Assembly (NCBI GenBank): GCA_013265495.1
Contig: MU058221.1
Location: 1,488,001-1,552,000 of the forward strand
Reading direction: 5' to 3'
From: Vicugna vicugna
Taxonomy: Eukaryota
DNA: 64,000 nucleotides
Positions 12,727 to 23,790 of this stretch are shown piece by piece. A program made the position numbers and the translations under genes. The notes beneath the pieces were generated by a model, which was not told the origin of the DNA, searched no databases, and saw nothing but the letters and a program-made list of their open reading frames with translations. Within the stretch, counting starts at the first letter, position 1; each line of letters opens with the position of its first letter.

Positions 12727-13194
12727 TGTTTATAACAAATCTGAATCTGAAAAACTAATTATAAAAAATCATAAAATTATCTCAGACAAAAGAGAATGCA
12801 GGAGAGTAAAGGGAAGTAGATTAAGCACCACAATGTCTTCATTCAAAGAACATTGTAAAAAAAAAAAAAAGAAGAATTTAATGCTAACATTTCAGTCAGG
12901 TGCAAGCTACCGCCTTTTAAACTGATCACAAAGTAAATTTAATCTTCAACGCTCCATTTTTTAAAATGTTATTCCACTATTCTCATGTTCTTTGGTTTTA
13001 TGCTACAAGATCCTCTTCTTTCCCCACGCACTAAAAAAAGGTCTTAATCTCATTTACCATGAGGTCATCTCACCTCACAAGTCTCACTAGTCCAGTTGGT
13101 AACTTGAACACAAAGTGACTCACTGTTGGAAAAGTTTTCACAAGTGCACCACGTTGGATGTTAAACTTATGTAGGTAGTGCGGTAATTATGCAT

Positions 13195-13320
13195 GGAAGG
13201 GTACAGCTCAGTGGTGCAGTGTGTGCTTCGCATGCACAAGGTCCCAGTACTTCTGTTAAATAAGTAAATACACAAACAAACATATAGTCACCAACCCCTC
13301 CCCCAAAAAGGGAAAAAAAC
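13195..13320 (+). mobile_element. Camelid Vic-1-type tRNA-derived SINE (B box deleted)
   Basis: ggaagggtacagctcagtggt (A box)…tgcttcgcatgcacaaggtcc^cagtacttct…taaataagtaaata…ccctcccccaaaaa. Confidence 0.8.
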
Positions 13321-13499
13321 AGAAGCAGCAGCAGAAAGAATTGAAACTGCAGGAGGTACAACATCAGGGTGCAGAGCTGAGTCCCTGGACTTCCACTTTG
13401 CTGTCCTTTCCTTTGCATTTGCAGCTCTAACTATAAAGAAGCAAAATAGTTTAAGCTAAAAAACCCCAGATCAACTTGTGACCTATAACAATCCAATGT

Positions 13500-13655
13500 A
13501 TCACGCAACCACAGTCACATTCACAGAGAGCTATCAAGCTCCACTTCGCTTCCGGTGGAGATGCCACCTCCTCCTGTCCCGCCAGCTGAGAGGGTCAGCT
13601 GTCCGTGCACACCCTTCTCTTTTACTGATGCGCTGTTCTTTCTGACGCAATGAAA
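13500..13655. promoter_or_regulatory. Candidate intronic enhancer (RUNX, ETS, 2x CAGCTG E-box, C/EBP-ATF motifs)
   Basis: aaccaca 13507-13513, cttccgg 13549-13555, two cagctg, tgacgcaat 13643-13651 in unique sequence with retained CpGs. Confidence 0.3.
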
Positions 13656-15090
13656 AAGAAGATCAAAACAAGAGGGATACAGTTACTCCAGAAGAGAAGC
13701 AGGATTCCTGCCAATTTTTACCCCTAAGTATAATTCTTGTCAAGGATCAGACAGCTTCTCCAGGATGGGCTGAAATGTCCCGGACAATATATTTAAAATG
13801 AGCCACATAGCAGCAAGATTCCAGAATTAATGAACAGAACTGGAAAATTTACTCTCTTTTCCTAGCCCTTGAACTTTGATTTAACTGACAATTCTGATTA
13901 ATAATTACTCTAAATTCACTCTGATATTCACTGTCAGATGTTGTCTGCCCACATTCCTTTACTCAAGTCTGACTCAAATGTGTTGTGCTGTTTGAGCATC
14001 CAATCTTACTGTGATATTTAAAGAATATCCTTGTACAGCATCCATGATTTTATTTAAGACACATTCAGTCTTAGGGAACAAGAAATGTCTTCTTGAGTTC
14101 ACTGGTTTATCTGCTAAATCATAGCCATTTATGTTACTGCCTGTTGGTCTGCTCATTTATTGGCTGTGCATGGCTGTTTGTAATGAAAAAAACTAATTCA
14201 TGTGCATACAGATATGTCATAGATATATGTCTACTGTCTTAACAAATGGCTAGCATTAATTAAGCCTCTCTTGTGTGTCCAGGAAAGCACTTGGTATGAG
14301 GTACACAAAACCCTTTAAAGAACATTTTCAAAAAGCTTGAATTCTCAAAACAAATATGTGAAATAATGACAAAAATAAATAGCACATACTTACATGTTAA
14401 ACGATGCAGCAACAGCATTACTTCTTACCTCTGTATTGAATATTAACATCCACTGTTCCTCGGTCATTATCTTACAAACCCACTGGGGATTAAATGGTCT
14501 ACAAAGTCATATTAACCTTGGCGTACGGTGTCTGCTCTATGGGCAACACACTTCCATCTTCTGAAATTATTACTTTTGAAAGTATATGCTAAACAACCTG
14601 TACAAACAGTTCTACAATATCTTTTCCAAGATGCAGTACTCTTTATGACATTTGCCCCCAATTTTGATGGGTCAAAAAGTCAAAATTTTTATTAAAATCC
14701 TGGAAATACTCTGGGAGCAAAAGTGCTCTAATATGAATATGGATTTTTATCATGGAAACAATGTCATACTTTTTTTAAATATAATGAATCACGTCAAAAC
14801 AATGATGGTGATGATGGTAATGGGGAATGATGGCTTTACTTTGTAAAAAAATTGACCTTGGGCATTATTCAAAGCCATGCCCCCTCTGTGCGCTTTACTT
14901 AGAGTTCTTTGATTGGTTGGCTGGTTTTGATTTTTAAATGATTGATAGCTTATAGCAGGATTCGTCCGAAAGTTTCCAATGTGTTTGTAACAATACATGT
15001 TGGGGATTTAAATACACAGACAGAGAGTCCTGTTGGAGCTGATTCAAATGTTTTCAAAGAGTATGTTTGGCCTTGGCTGCAAACACTACC

Positions 15091-15535
15091 TGTTAGAGCT
15101 GGTTTTCTGTGTCTACCTGCCTGAGCCACGGCGTGTCCACATACTAAGTCAACATTATTCTGGATGTTGCTGTGAGATTATATTTAGATGGATTAACTTT
15201 AAATCAGTGGACTGAGTAAGACAGGCCGCCCTTCTTAACGTGGATGGTCCTCATCCAAGGCTGAAGTTTCACTAGAATGAAAGGACAGACCTTCCCCCAA
15301 GAAAGAAAGAATTCCTGCCTGAGGGCCTTCCAACTGCCACACTTTTTCTTTTTTCCCCATCTTCTGCCTCAAAGTAAAGCACTGGCTTTTCCTGGGCCTT
15401 GAGTCTGTGTCTCCAGTCTGCCCTCTTGCCTTGCAGACCTTGAAGCTTGTCAGCATCACAATCAGGTGAGGTGATCCCTTTTTACAAATAAGCTCCCCAT
15501 CTCTCTCTTTTGTTTCTCCAGAAAATTGACTAATA
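15091..15535 (+). mobile_element. MLT2 (ERVL) solo LTR
   Basis: tg…ttttctgtgtctacctg…aacattattctggatgttgctgtgag…aaatcagtggactgagtaag…ctcatccaa…tttgtttctccagaaaattgactaata. Confidence 0.8.
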
Positions 15536-17299
15536 TTTACTCCTTGGCTCAACTCTGAGGGGCATTAGTGTTTTTCTAAAATGCATTCTGACTAAATTCG
15601 TCAAATATTACGCAACGATAATATTTCATCTCAGTGGTCAATTAAAGCAGGTGAGTCTGACGTTACACAATCGTCTTATAACTGGTATTAGAGATCAAAT
15701 CCCAATTCAAACTCTCTGCATAAATAAGATATAAAATAATACACAATGTGTTGGTTCTTCATGCTTCACCTTGTTTTATTACAGAGGCCTTTCAAATGTG
15801 CTCAGTTCCAGGAAAAGGTAAATTTGTTTTCAAATGCTTGGTAAAATATCAGAGTTGTTTTTGAGAAAGTTATTTATTTCTCTCAGTTTCTATGTAATAC
15901 AAGTCTATTTAATTAAAAACCCATTTTTCCCAGAAGTAAAATATTTATTTTTAAAATACCTAATGCATGTTAAAAAATATTTTATATCCGTCAGGTAAGA
16001 ATTCAGAGCCGTATGCCATAGGATCTCAGTGCAGCTTCCATCAGCAATCACATTTCTCAGTCTTTAAATGTCAAATTATAATTGGCATTTAAGAAAATTG
16101 CTTGAGGAGATACATCACACACTTTTAAATATTGATTGGTATTTTTAGCCATTATTTCATTACCAGGAAATTGAGTACCAGTGTCCAATTAGCCGTTAAT
16201 TACCAGTCTAAATATGGCTAATGTGCCAACCAGGGCTTCACTAAGCATTTTAATTTTCCTAAATTAAATGCCATGGAAGTTAACTTTGCAGATTTCACCA
16301 TTCAAACACTCCTTTAATTATAAAGGTTTATTTGAATGGAAGAGAGCAAATGTTCTCAAACCTTAACATTCTGTTGGAATTAAACGCGGTGTGTATTGGA
16401 ATCACCACGGCGCTCAGCGCGGTAAGGCCCATTAGGTGTCCTGCACGTTCACCGTGCAGCCTCTCCACGTTCAGCAGAGGGGCTGCTGCAAGGGCGTCCG
16501 CAACAAGGGGTTCGAAGCACTGCAAATGTCTTCCTTTCATTAAAAAAACTATATATACTCACTGCAATTTCAGTCTTCAATTTTGCATCTGCCACTTGCA
16601 GCACAGCAGAATAAAGGTGTTACCCCTTGCAAACATTCGATGACAGCTACTCTGTTATGCCCCCGCTTTCCTCTCCCCGGGGTACCTGCCTATGTTATTG
16701 CGGTGCACCTCCATCCTTAGCAGTCAGCATCCTTCTTGAGGTGGGGACCTCAGACATGGGAATGCCCTAACTCAGAGGCCCTCTCAATCCACACCCTTCT
16801 TTTAAACGTAATAAACCATATCCCCTAAAGATCTAACAGAAACACCTGTTGAGGCTTTACCTTTTTTTATACCACAATATCATTTTTTAAAAAAATTCTA
16901 ATTGTTCGAAACTTGTAGGTAGCAAATAAGATACTGCAAATTCCTCGTCTTCAATTTCAGCTTGTATGTATGAAACCAATAAAATGAGGACTTAGATAAA
17001 AACAAATAGGAAATTGGCAAATAACAAGGCAACAGCATGCCATCCCCTCTTGAGTCTATGGGCGAATTGTCCAGAAAACTTGCATTTGTCCTTATCGTCT
17101 TTAACTTAAGTATATTGTTATCTTGAGAGAAACAATTTAACGTAAAGGTATTTTTGCCTTTTAAAATTTTTATTCTTGAATTCTAATTAATAGTTCTCAT
17201 ATCAAACACATACTAATATATTCTTTTCAAGAAGGTTACGCAGACAGTATGTCTGCAGAGACCCCGTGTACGTGCAAATGTCTTTCAGTTACTTTCAAA

Positions 17300-18110
17300 T
17301 CTTAGAGTTCTGCTGAATGTAATATCCTTTGGACACAGCCGATTTGGGTGAGAAAAAAAAATACCAGACTCATGAAAACACTTATCAGTTCAAAACAATC
17401 AGAACCATCAAAGGTGTCACATCAAGATGCCCTGCTGTGAAAGGAGCTTACAGAAATAAACAAGTAACTTTAAGCCATCAATTTATTTTAAAGGATGTTT
17501 CTCAACAAGGCCTGAAGATCATTAGAGCTACAGAATGTGATGCCCCAGAAATGAGGAGAGATTTCTCTGCTATGAAAAAACAAATACAAGCTTCAGAAAT
17601 AAACCTTACATCATGAATGGTGGACAGTTCATTACAGGAAACAAAAATTAAACTCAGAGGAGAAAGAATTGCATATGACGCATAAAACAGAAATAGATTA
17701 AGGGGCCAAGAAATTCAGTATGTGACTATCACACGTTTGCGAAAGAAAGAAACGAACAGACAAAGAGACAAATATTTATAGTGATAATTGAGGAACCAGT
17801 TTCCTATCGGAAGAAAAAAGGTCGTTTCTAGAAGCCAAACTTAATAACCGAGGCTCCTCATAAACGTTTCTCGCTGAATCATTTTAATTCCAAGTATGAG
17901 AAAATAAATCATACAAGTGCAAGGAATAAAATAAAAGGGGGGAGGGGACAAGAAAACCAAACAACAACTGAGAAAAATGGTCAACAGCAAACGCCAAGCC
18001 AAAAACTCAGTCTGGAGCACAGATGCAGGATTCTGAGGGAAAAAAAGAAAGATTGTGAAATAAAATGTCTCCGTTCAACCGTGATGTTATCCACATGTAG
18101 AAACTACAAG
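17300..18110 (+). mobile_element. Highly decayed L1 ORF1 / HAL1-like remnant
   Basis: A-rich sense strand with ORF1-like phrases (tctgctatgaaaaaacaaata…, aaatattta…gataattgaggaa…tttcc); no intact ORF. Confidence 0.4.
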
Positions 18111-18459
18111 AAGACAGATATAGTCCTTGCATAGCCCCCCTCCAGACTTTCAGAAGTGTTTTCAGGGCTTACTGTTCAAACCTCTGTTCTGTGACTGACC
18201 GAGCGATCTAAGACCACTGTTTCTACAGGGTCTCTAGCTCCACTCTCCCTGCTCTTAATAAAAACTCCCCTCAAAGCATCCACTGTGATGGGTCTACCCT
18301 GTTCTGTGTTAGTTAGTTTAAGTCTAACCTGAAGACGTCCTCTCTCAAATTCTAGACTTTATTGGAGGACGAATTTCCCAAAAAGTTCTTCCTTGGATGA
18401 TGCATGTAAATTTCCTGTTTTCCATGTCTTCTTTTCTTCCCCCTCTTTAGATGTCTGAC

Positions 18460-18570
18460 TTTTATTTTATTTTATTTTATTTTATTATTTCTAACACCTT
18501 GATTGTGGTATGATTCCTATACAGTAAGCTACACACATTTCAGATGTGCAATTTGATGAATTATGATGCG
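18460..18570 (-). mobile_element. Old L1 3' terminus with (TTTTA)n tail
   Basis: (tttta)n then ttgattgtggtatgattcctatacagtaagctacacacattt…gtgcaatttgatgaatt. Confidence 0.6.
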
Positions 18571-18809
18571 AATGCATGTCTCCTTGAAGGGTTCTGGGGA
18601 AGGCCTGCAATGCATAAGAACGGCTTTTGCCTCTCTAATCTCTCTCATCCCTACCAAACACACCACAACTAAACATGAAACTTGTGATTTTTGTTTTTGT
18701 TTTGCTTTGTCTTACTAAGCAAATGCAGCTACAAGAGAAATTCTCTATCTGTCCACCTGTATCAACACTCATCTCTGTTCTCAGCCTTTTCTATTTAGAC
18801 ATTTTTTTC

Positions 18810-19395
18810 TTTTTTTTTAATAGACTTTTTTTTTTAGATCAGTTACAGGTTTACGACAGAATTGAACAAAAAATACAGAGTTCCAACATAGCCCTCCCCA
18901 CCCACACACACACACTCCCCTCCCCTCAGCAATTCTCATCAGAGCGGCATATTTGGTGCCATTGATGAACCAACATGGACACATTATTATCAACTAAAGT
19001 CCACAGTTTACATGAGGGCTCACTCTTGATGTTGTACATTCTATGGGCTTTGACAAATGCATAATGACATAGACACCACTTTAGTATCACACAGAATAAT
19101 TTCATTGCCCTAAAAATCCCTTGTGCTTCAGCTATTCATTCCTCCCTCCCACCCTCTCCCAAACCCCTGGAAGCCACGATCTTTGTATGGTTTCTGTAGC
19201 TGTTCTTTTTCCAGAACGTCACTTGGTCAGAATCGTACAGTTTGTAGCCTTTCAGACTGGCTTCTTTCATGTGACGTCACTTGGTCAGAATCATACAGTT
19301 TGTAGCCTTTTCAGACTGGCTTCTTTCATGTGGTAATATGTCTTTCAGTTTCTTCCATGTCTTTCATGGCTTGATAGCTCATTTTTTATCACTGC
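18810..19395 (-). mobile_element. L1MC1-like 3' UTR
   Basis: aatagacttttttttttag…attgatgaaccaacatggacacattattatcaactaaagtcc…cactcttgatgttgtacattctatggg…gcctttcagactggcttctttca. Confidence 0.8.
19216..19332. repeat. Near-perfect tandem duplication (58 bp + 59 bp) inside the L1MC copy
   Basis: 19216-19273 and 19274-19332 differ only by one CpG-type G/A change and one extra T. Confidence 0.95.
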
Positions 19396-20689
19396 ACATA
19401 TATTTTTTAATTTACATGTAAGTACTGCTCATTGTTTCTAAGGACGTTTAGACGTTTATTTTGACATTTTAAAGTTGCTTCTATTGAAGGAGTAACCAAT
19501 TCTACATTTTCCAGTAAGACTTTTTTTTTTTTTTGGTTCAATTTTGCTTCTGACAACTGGAGAAATGACTATAGCAACCACACAGCAAGTGAAGGGAGGA
19601 GACTAATTCGTGCAAAAAGTGTAAAAGTGAGGCATAAAGTTACAGCGTTGAACTCGCTAGGGTCAGGTCCAAGAGTCACAAGCCAGCTTGCCGGGTTAAT
19701 GTTGCCTCTGCTCCCTCCCCGGCAGGACTACGGAAGCAGCGGTAACAGGAGAGGGGGCGCTTCCAGGGGCCCGGCCAGACCTGCAGGAGCAGCGGGGGTG
19801 CATCTCCTGGACCCGCACATCCATTCCTGCTGCGTCTGCCCTGAGCAAATCCATTTGAATTTTAACAAAAGGACATTTACAAAAGTGTACATTTTGCTAC
19901 ACATACTTTTAATAAGCATCAGGAGCTTCAGAAGCATTTTTTCCACATTTTATGTTGCTATTATAGATACAGCAACAAGGGAATGACGTGCACACGGAAC
20001 AATAATCACTATGTGATGTGAAACTGTCTTCCAAACATGAGCAGTCTACCTTCTTTTCTATGACTTTTTTAACCATAGGGCACTTATAAGGCATGTGCTT
20101 TTCCAAGTCTGCTTTATCGTATGTTCTTAACAGTTCTACATACAGAAGACCTGCTTGTGGCAAAGCAACTTTCCTTTTGAGAGACTGCAAGCAAAGTGGA
20201 GAGCAGTTTTTCTTTTTCATGTTATGTACACAAGCCTTCTATAAATGGACAGCAACTCTCCTATAACTGGCCCGAAGGATGTTAGGCAATGCCTGATGTT
20301 CTGTCATTTTTTCGTTGCAAAGTCAAGGTCTAGTGACATGAGGACCATGGCCACTGCCCTAGGGTCACAGAGAGGGGCCGTGGGGCTTCAGAGTTCTCGC
20401 GTCTCTGGATCCCCCAGGAAGGGGCGTGGCCACCTCGGAGCCCACACTCAGTGGCCAGCCCCGGCTGCAGAAGGGCTCCCTAGGGGTGGGCCTTGCTCTG
20501 CTTCTCGCCCACTCCTTGCTGAAAGTCCAGTTATTTTAAGTTTCCCAAATAACTCAGCTAAATGCATAAAGAAAAAATCACAACATCTGGTTACTTACAA
20601 TTTAAGATTAATGAGAATGTCAAATACCAAAATATGGAATATCAAGACGGGACGTGAATACTGAGATGAATTCTCCCAGCTCTCAGGGT

Positions 20690-21320
20690 GGGAGAAACTG
20701 AGAGCACCAATTATTGACCAGAATGAGAGAAAGAACGTTACTGCTCTGTTGCAGGAAGTGCAAACTGCCACCGCCACTTCGGAAAATAATTCGTAAACCT
20801 CAACTGAAGTGAAGAACATGTGTGCTTTAGGACCAGAAATTCCACTTTGCTATCTCTTCCTTATGTAAATTCTTTATACATTTGAATAAAAAGCCACATA
20901 CAAGGATGGTCATTGTAACAATCTCTGCCAAACCAACAAACCTCAATGCACACCAGGGTCTGAATCCATAAACAAAGTGTAGCGTATTCACAGAATGGAA
21001 CGCAGCACAGAAATATAATTATTAAATTAGCTCTATATGCGTGAATACGGATCAGTGTCAAAACCATCGTGTTGAATGATTGCAGCAAAATTACAAAATC
21101 ATGTCTTTAATGTACACTTGAATAACACATAAATCAATATCCATTTGTAACTTACCTTCCTCTGGCTAAACTGCAGGGAAATTACGAACCAATGAGAGAC
21201 AGCAAATGTGTTGAAATATGAAGGTACTATCAAGACTTCACTGGAAGAAAGGAGATTTGGAAGGAATATGAAGGAACGCGAGTCTATTTGTAATGCTTAT
21301 TTCTTTAAAAGTGTCTGCCG
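20690..21320 (+). mobile_element. L1ME-like ORF2 end / 3' UTR remnant
   Basis: ggaagtgcaaactg..accgccacttcggaaaa…gaccagaaattccact…caaggatggtcattgtaaca…tattcacagaatggaa. Confidence 0.6.
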
Positions 21321-22179
21321 TAACTTATGGGGAGAAGAGCTAAATCTGAGTGATTTGCTGGGCGTGTATTACCCTGCAGTGTGATTTTTTGCATCCTTGA
21401 AATAGCCCGGTGACATGAAAGGGCTTATTTGGTTAATATGGGCAATCAGCTGGGTTCTTCTGGTCAAGTATGCCTTGTGGCTTCCTTCAGACACGTTCCC
21501 ACAGCCCTTCCTCTATCCTGCACGCCGGACTGAGGATGACTTGGCTGTCTGTATCCATCATCCCCACAAGGAGTCCTGGACATCTTGCAACAGATTGCTC
21601 AGTTTCTTTAGTGATCAACGGTCCTATAAAGTGTTAGGATAAAGAATATCACCCTAAAATCAATTCTGAATTTGACTCTGAAACCAACTAGATATGTCCA
21701 GTATCAAAGTCAAGGGCAAGCTCATGTCCAATACTTACTTTTACCCATTCTTCATCCAGGCTGCTTTGGGCTAAGGTGTCAGGGAACTTTGTTTATGAAG
21801 TTTGATATGCTCTTAGAAATACTCTTATCCTCTCAAAGCCCAGATTGTACTTAATGAAAATGCAGAGTAATATAATAGCAAAATCCACACCCCAAATGTA
21901 GAGGCTAATAAAAAGTCCAGAGAAATTCAGTCCTTTTGTCCTTAAAACAAAAAGAAATGTAAGTAAGATTGAAATTACGCATGTTAACACGTGATGACTC
22001 AGCATCTTGGTCCTCAGAATTTTCCGTCATACCATCTTGGCTGTCACGTCTTCCTGCAAACACAGTCTTCCATACCTAAATGCGATCTGAAGCAACGATA
22101 AATAAGTAAAGCTTCACACTGAAGAAAGATTAACAATAAAATGTTACATGTTAGCAATTTAAAATCCAAAGAACTAGCT

Positions 22180-22290
22180 CCTGTGTTTCAGATGAGACTG
22201 CATTTCAGAGAAGTCAAGTTTTTTGTTAGAATGGCCCGGGTAGACAGCTGTGGAACAGGGAGTAGGACCTAGACCTCCTGATTTCCAGAT
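22180..22290 (-). mobile_element. MIR fragment
   Basis: cctgtgtttcagatgagactg..ttcagagaagtcaagt…gacctcctgatttccag. Confidence 0.55.
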
Positions 22291-22759
22291 TGGAAATGAG
22301 AAAATGGGCCAAAGCAGTTTGCTGTTCGAAAGTGTAGACGGACATTTAAGCTTCAGTTGTGTGTGATCTCTACTCCGTTCATAGCTGTGAGCACAACTGT
22401 CAAGGACACGAAGCTCAGAGGAGTAACGTTAGACGGGGATCTCATTTCACATGTACCACAGACAGAGATCTGCCAGCGTGCACAGCAAGTGATGGAGATC
22501 CCCGAAACTGAGTGCAGGAAGCCATTTATGTTTAGAACACAAATCAGTCAAGAATTGGCTGCATCCCATCCCAAAGTGGATTGACACTGTAGCTCCTCGT
22601 TAATTGATTTCCCAGAATATTTTGTAGGAAACGTGTTACCATCCCCTGGAAATGCCCTAATGTTTTCCATGCATGCCAGTTAGGAACTAAAAGCTAGTGC
22701 ACTTCAACGCCGTTTAGAATACGCCAGGGGCCCATAACTACCCTGACTGGAAAAAATCA

Positions 22760-23220
22760 TGGCCCGCAGCAGCGTAGGAACAGCTTTCGAAACCAGCATA
22801 ACAAGGGAGACCTGTTATAAAAGCAACAAGTGCGACTTACTCCTCCAACTGTGCCACCTTGCGAGCCCAGGCTGCAGCGTGAACTGTGCGGAACGACGCG
22901 GTTTGCGCCGTAAGCTGGATGCGCCCGGCAGCTTCTTTGGACTCGGGGACTCTCTGATCGTCTCGTTGCTGCTATTTGTGCTTTACTTTCCGGTTGCACA
23001 CAGTCTAGGAAAACACCGCAGCTGGCAACTTCCTGAGGAACGGTCACGTGTAAAATTACTGTGTGATGAGGGGTAGTTTTCTGCATCCACGTCCCCTCTT
23101 GCGTTTCAGCCCAAACTCCCCATCCAGACTCGGCTCAAGGGACATCTTACATCTTTCTCGGCCACCTCCCTCACAGACTTCTCCCTTCTCGGGATAACTG
23201 TGACGTGCAGAGGAAACCTC
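22760..23220 (-). promoter_or_regulatory. CpG-enriched promoter with ETS and USF/MiT-TFE E-box motifs
   Basis: About 20 CpGs in ~340 bp (counted by eye) in a CpG-poor window; ETS cores ttccgg 22988-22993 and acttcctg 23028-23035; gtcacgtg 23043-23050; strong donor just downstream on the minus strand. Confidence 0.65.
22841..23020 (-). other. Candidate non-coding first exon (TSS approximate)
   Basis: Donor GGA|GTAAGT (plus acttac 22835-22840); no minus-strand ATG between 22841 and ~23030; no clear acceptor upstream. Confidence 0.6.
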
Positions 23221-23329
23221 ACAAGTTGCTGTTTAGTCAAAGCTTCCTTTTGCTATTGTCCTCTTGCCGTTGTGTGAGCCCTTGGTTCTCTCGGAGAAGA
23301 GCAGGGGAGAGAGTGTGTCTCGCGCCTGA

Positions 23330-23790
23330 GAGCACGGGTCATGGCATTGCAGGGCCTGGATTTCATGCCTAGATGTCCAAGTGCTGGCTGGATAATGTCG
23401 ATCAAGGAACTGAAACTCGTTTTGTCTCCATTTTACTAAAGATTGTATGGAAAAGACAGTGAGACATGTTTCATAAAGTTGTCTCAGGGCTTAAATCAGT
23501 GGATCTCACGCAAGGGAAACTCTGGTCCCCAGGGGGCTCCTGGCGATTGTCTGGGGATGTCCGTGTTGGTTACGCCCGGGGCAGGAGGTCGCTCCTTGTG
23601 TGCAGCCAGTGGAGTCCAAGGCTACAGCTTAGCGGTGTCTCATGCACAGGCCAACCCCTCAGCCAAGAATTGCCCAGCCAAAAATGTCAATAGTGCAGAG
23701 ATTAAGCAATCCAGGCTTCCATGAATTAATTCACATAAAACATTTAGAGCAGTGACTGGCACACAGTGAGGGCTCAGCAGAGAATTAGAA
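23330..23790 (+). mobile_element. MIR SINE split by MER20
   Basis: 5' half (cctggatttcatgcctag…tttgtctccatttt..taaa) resumes after MER20 as taaaacatttagagcagtgactggcacacagtgagggctca. Confidence 0.65.
23497..23714 (+). mobile_element. MER20 (hAT-Charlie MITE)
   Basis: cagtggatctca…aagaattgcccagccaaaaatgtcaatagtgcagagattaag; degenerate 8-bp TSD gcttaaat / gcttccat. Confidence 0.85.

Noticed and set aside
13195..13260. tRNA-like A box sequence
   Set aside because: Part of a tRNA-derived SINE lacking the B box; no cloverleaf
19909..20220. 103-aa Cys-rich minus-strand ORF
   Set aside because: No recognisable domain or cysteine spacing pattern and no good flanking splice sites; length is compatible with chance
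22757..23086. Overlapping 105-109-aa ORFs over the promoter
   Set aside because: Expected in GC-rich sequence; the minus-strand ATG lies upstream of the inferred TSS motifs and the ORF runs through the splice donor
408..23220. Assigning a gene symbol to the minus-strand unit
   Set aside because: None of the exon sequences or their translations matches a gene I recognise; a BLAST search is needed
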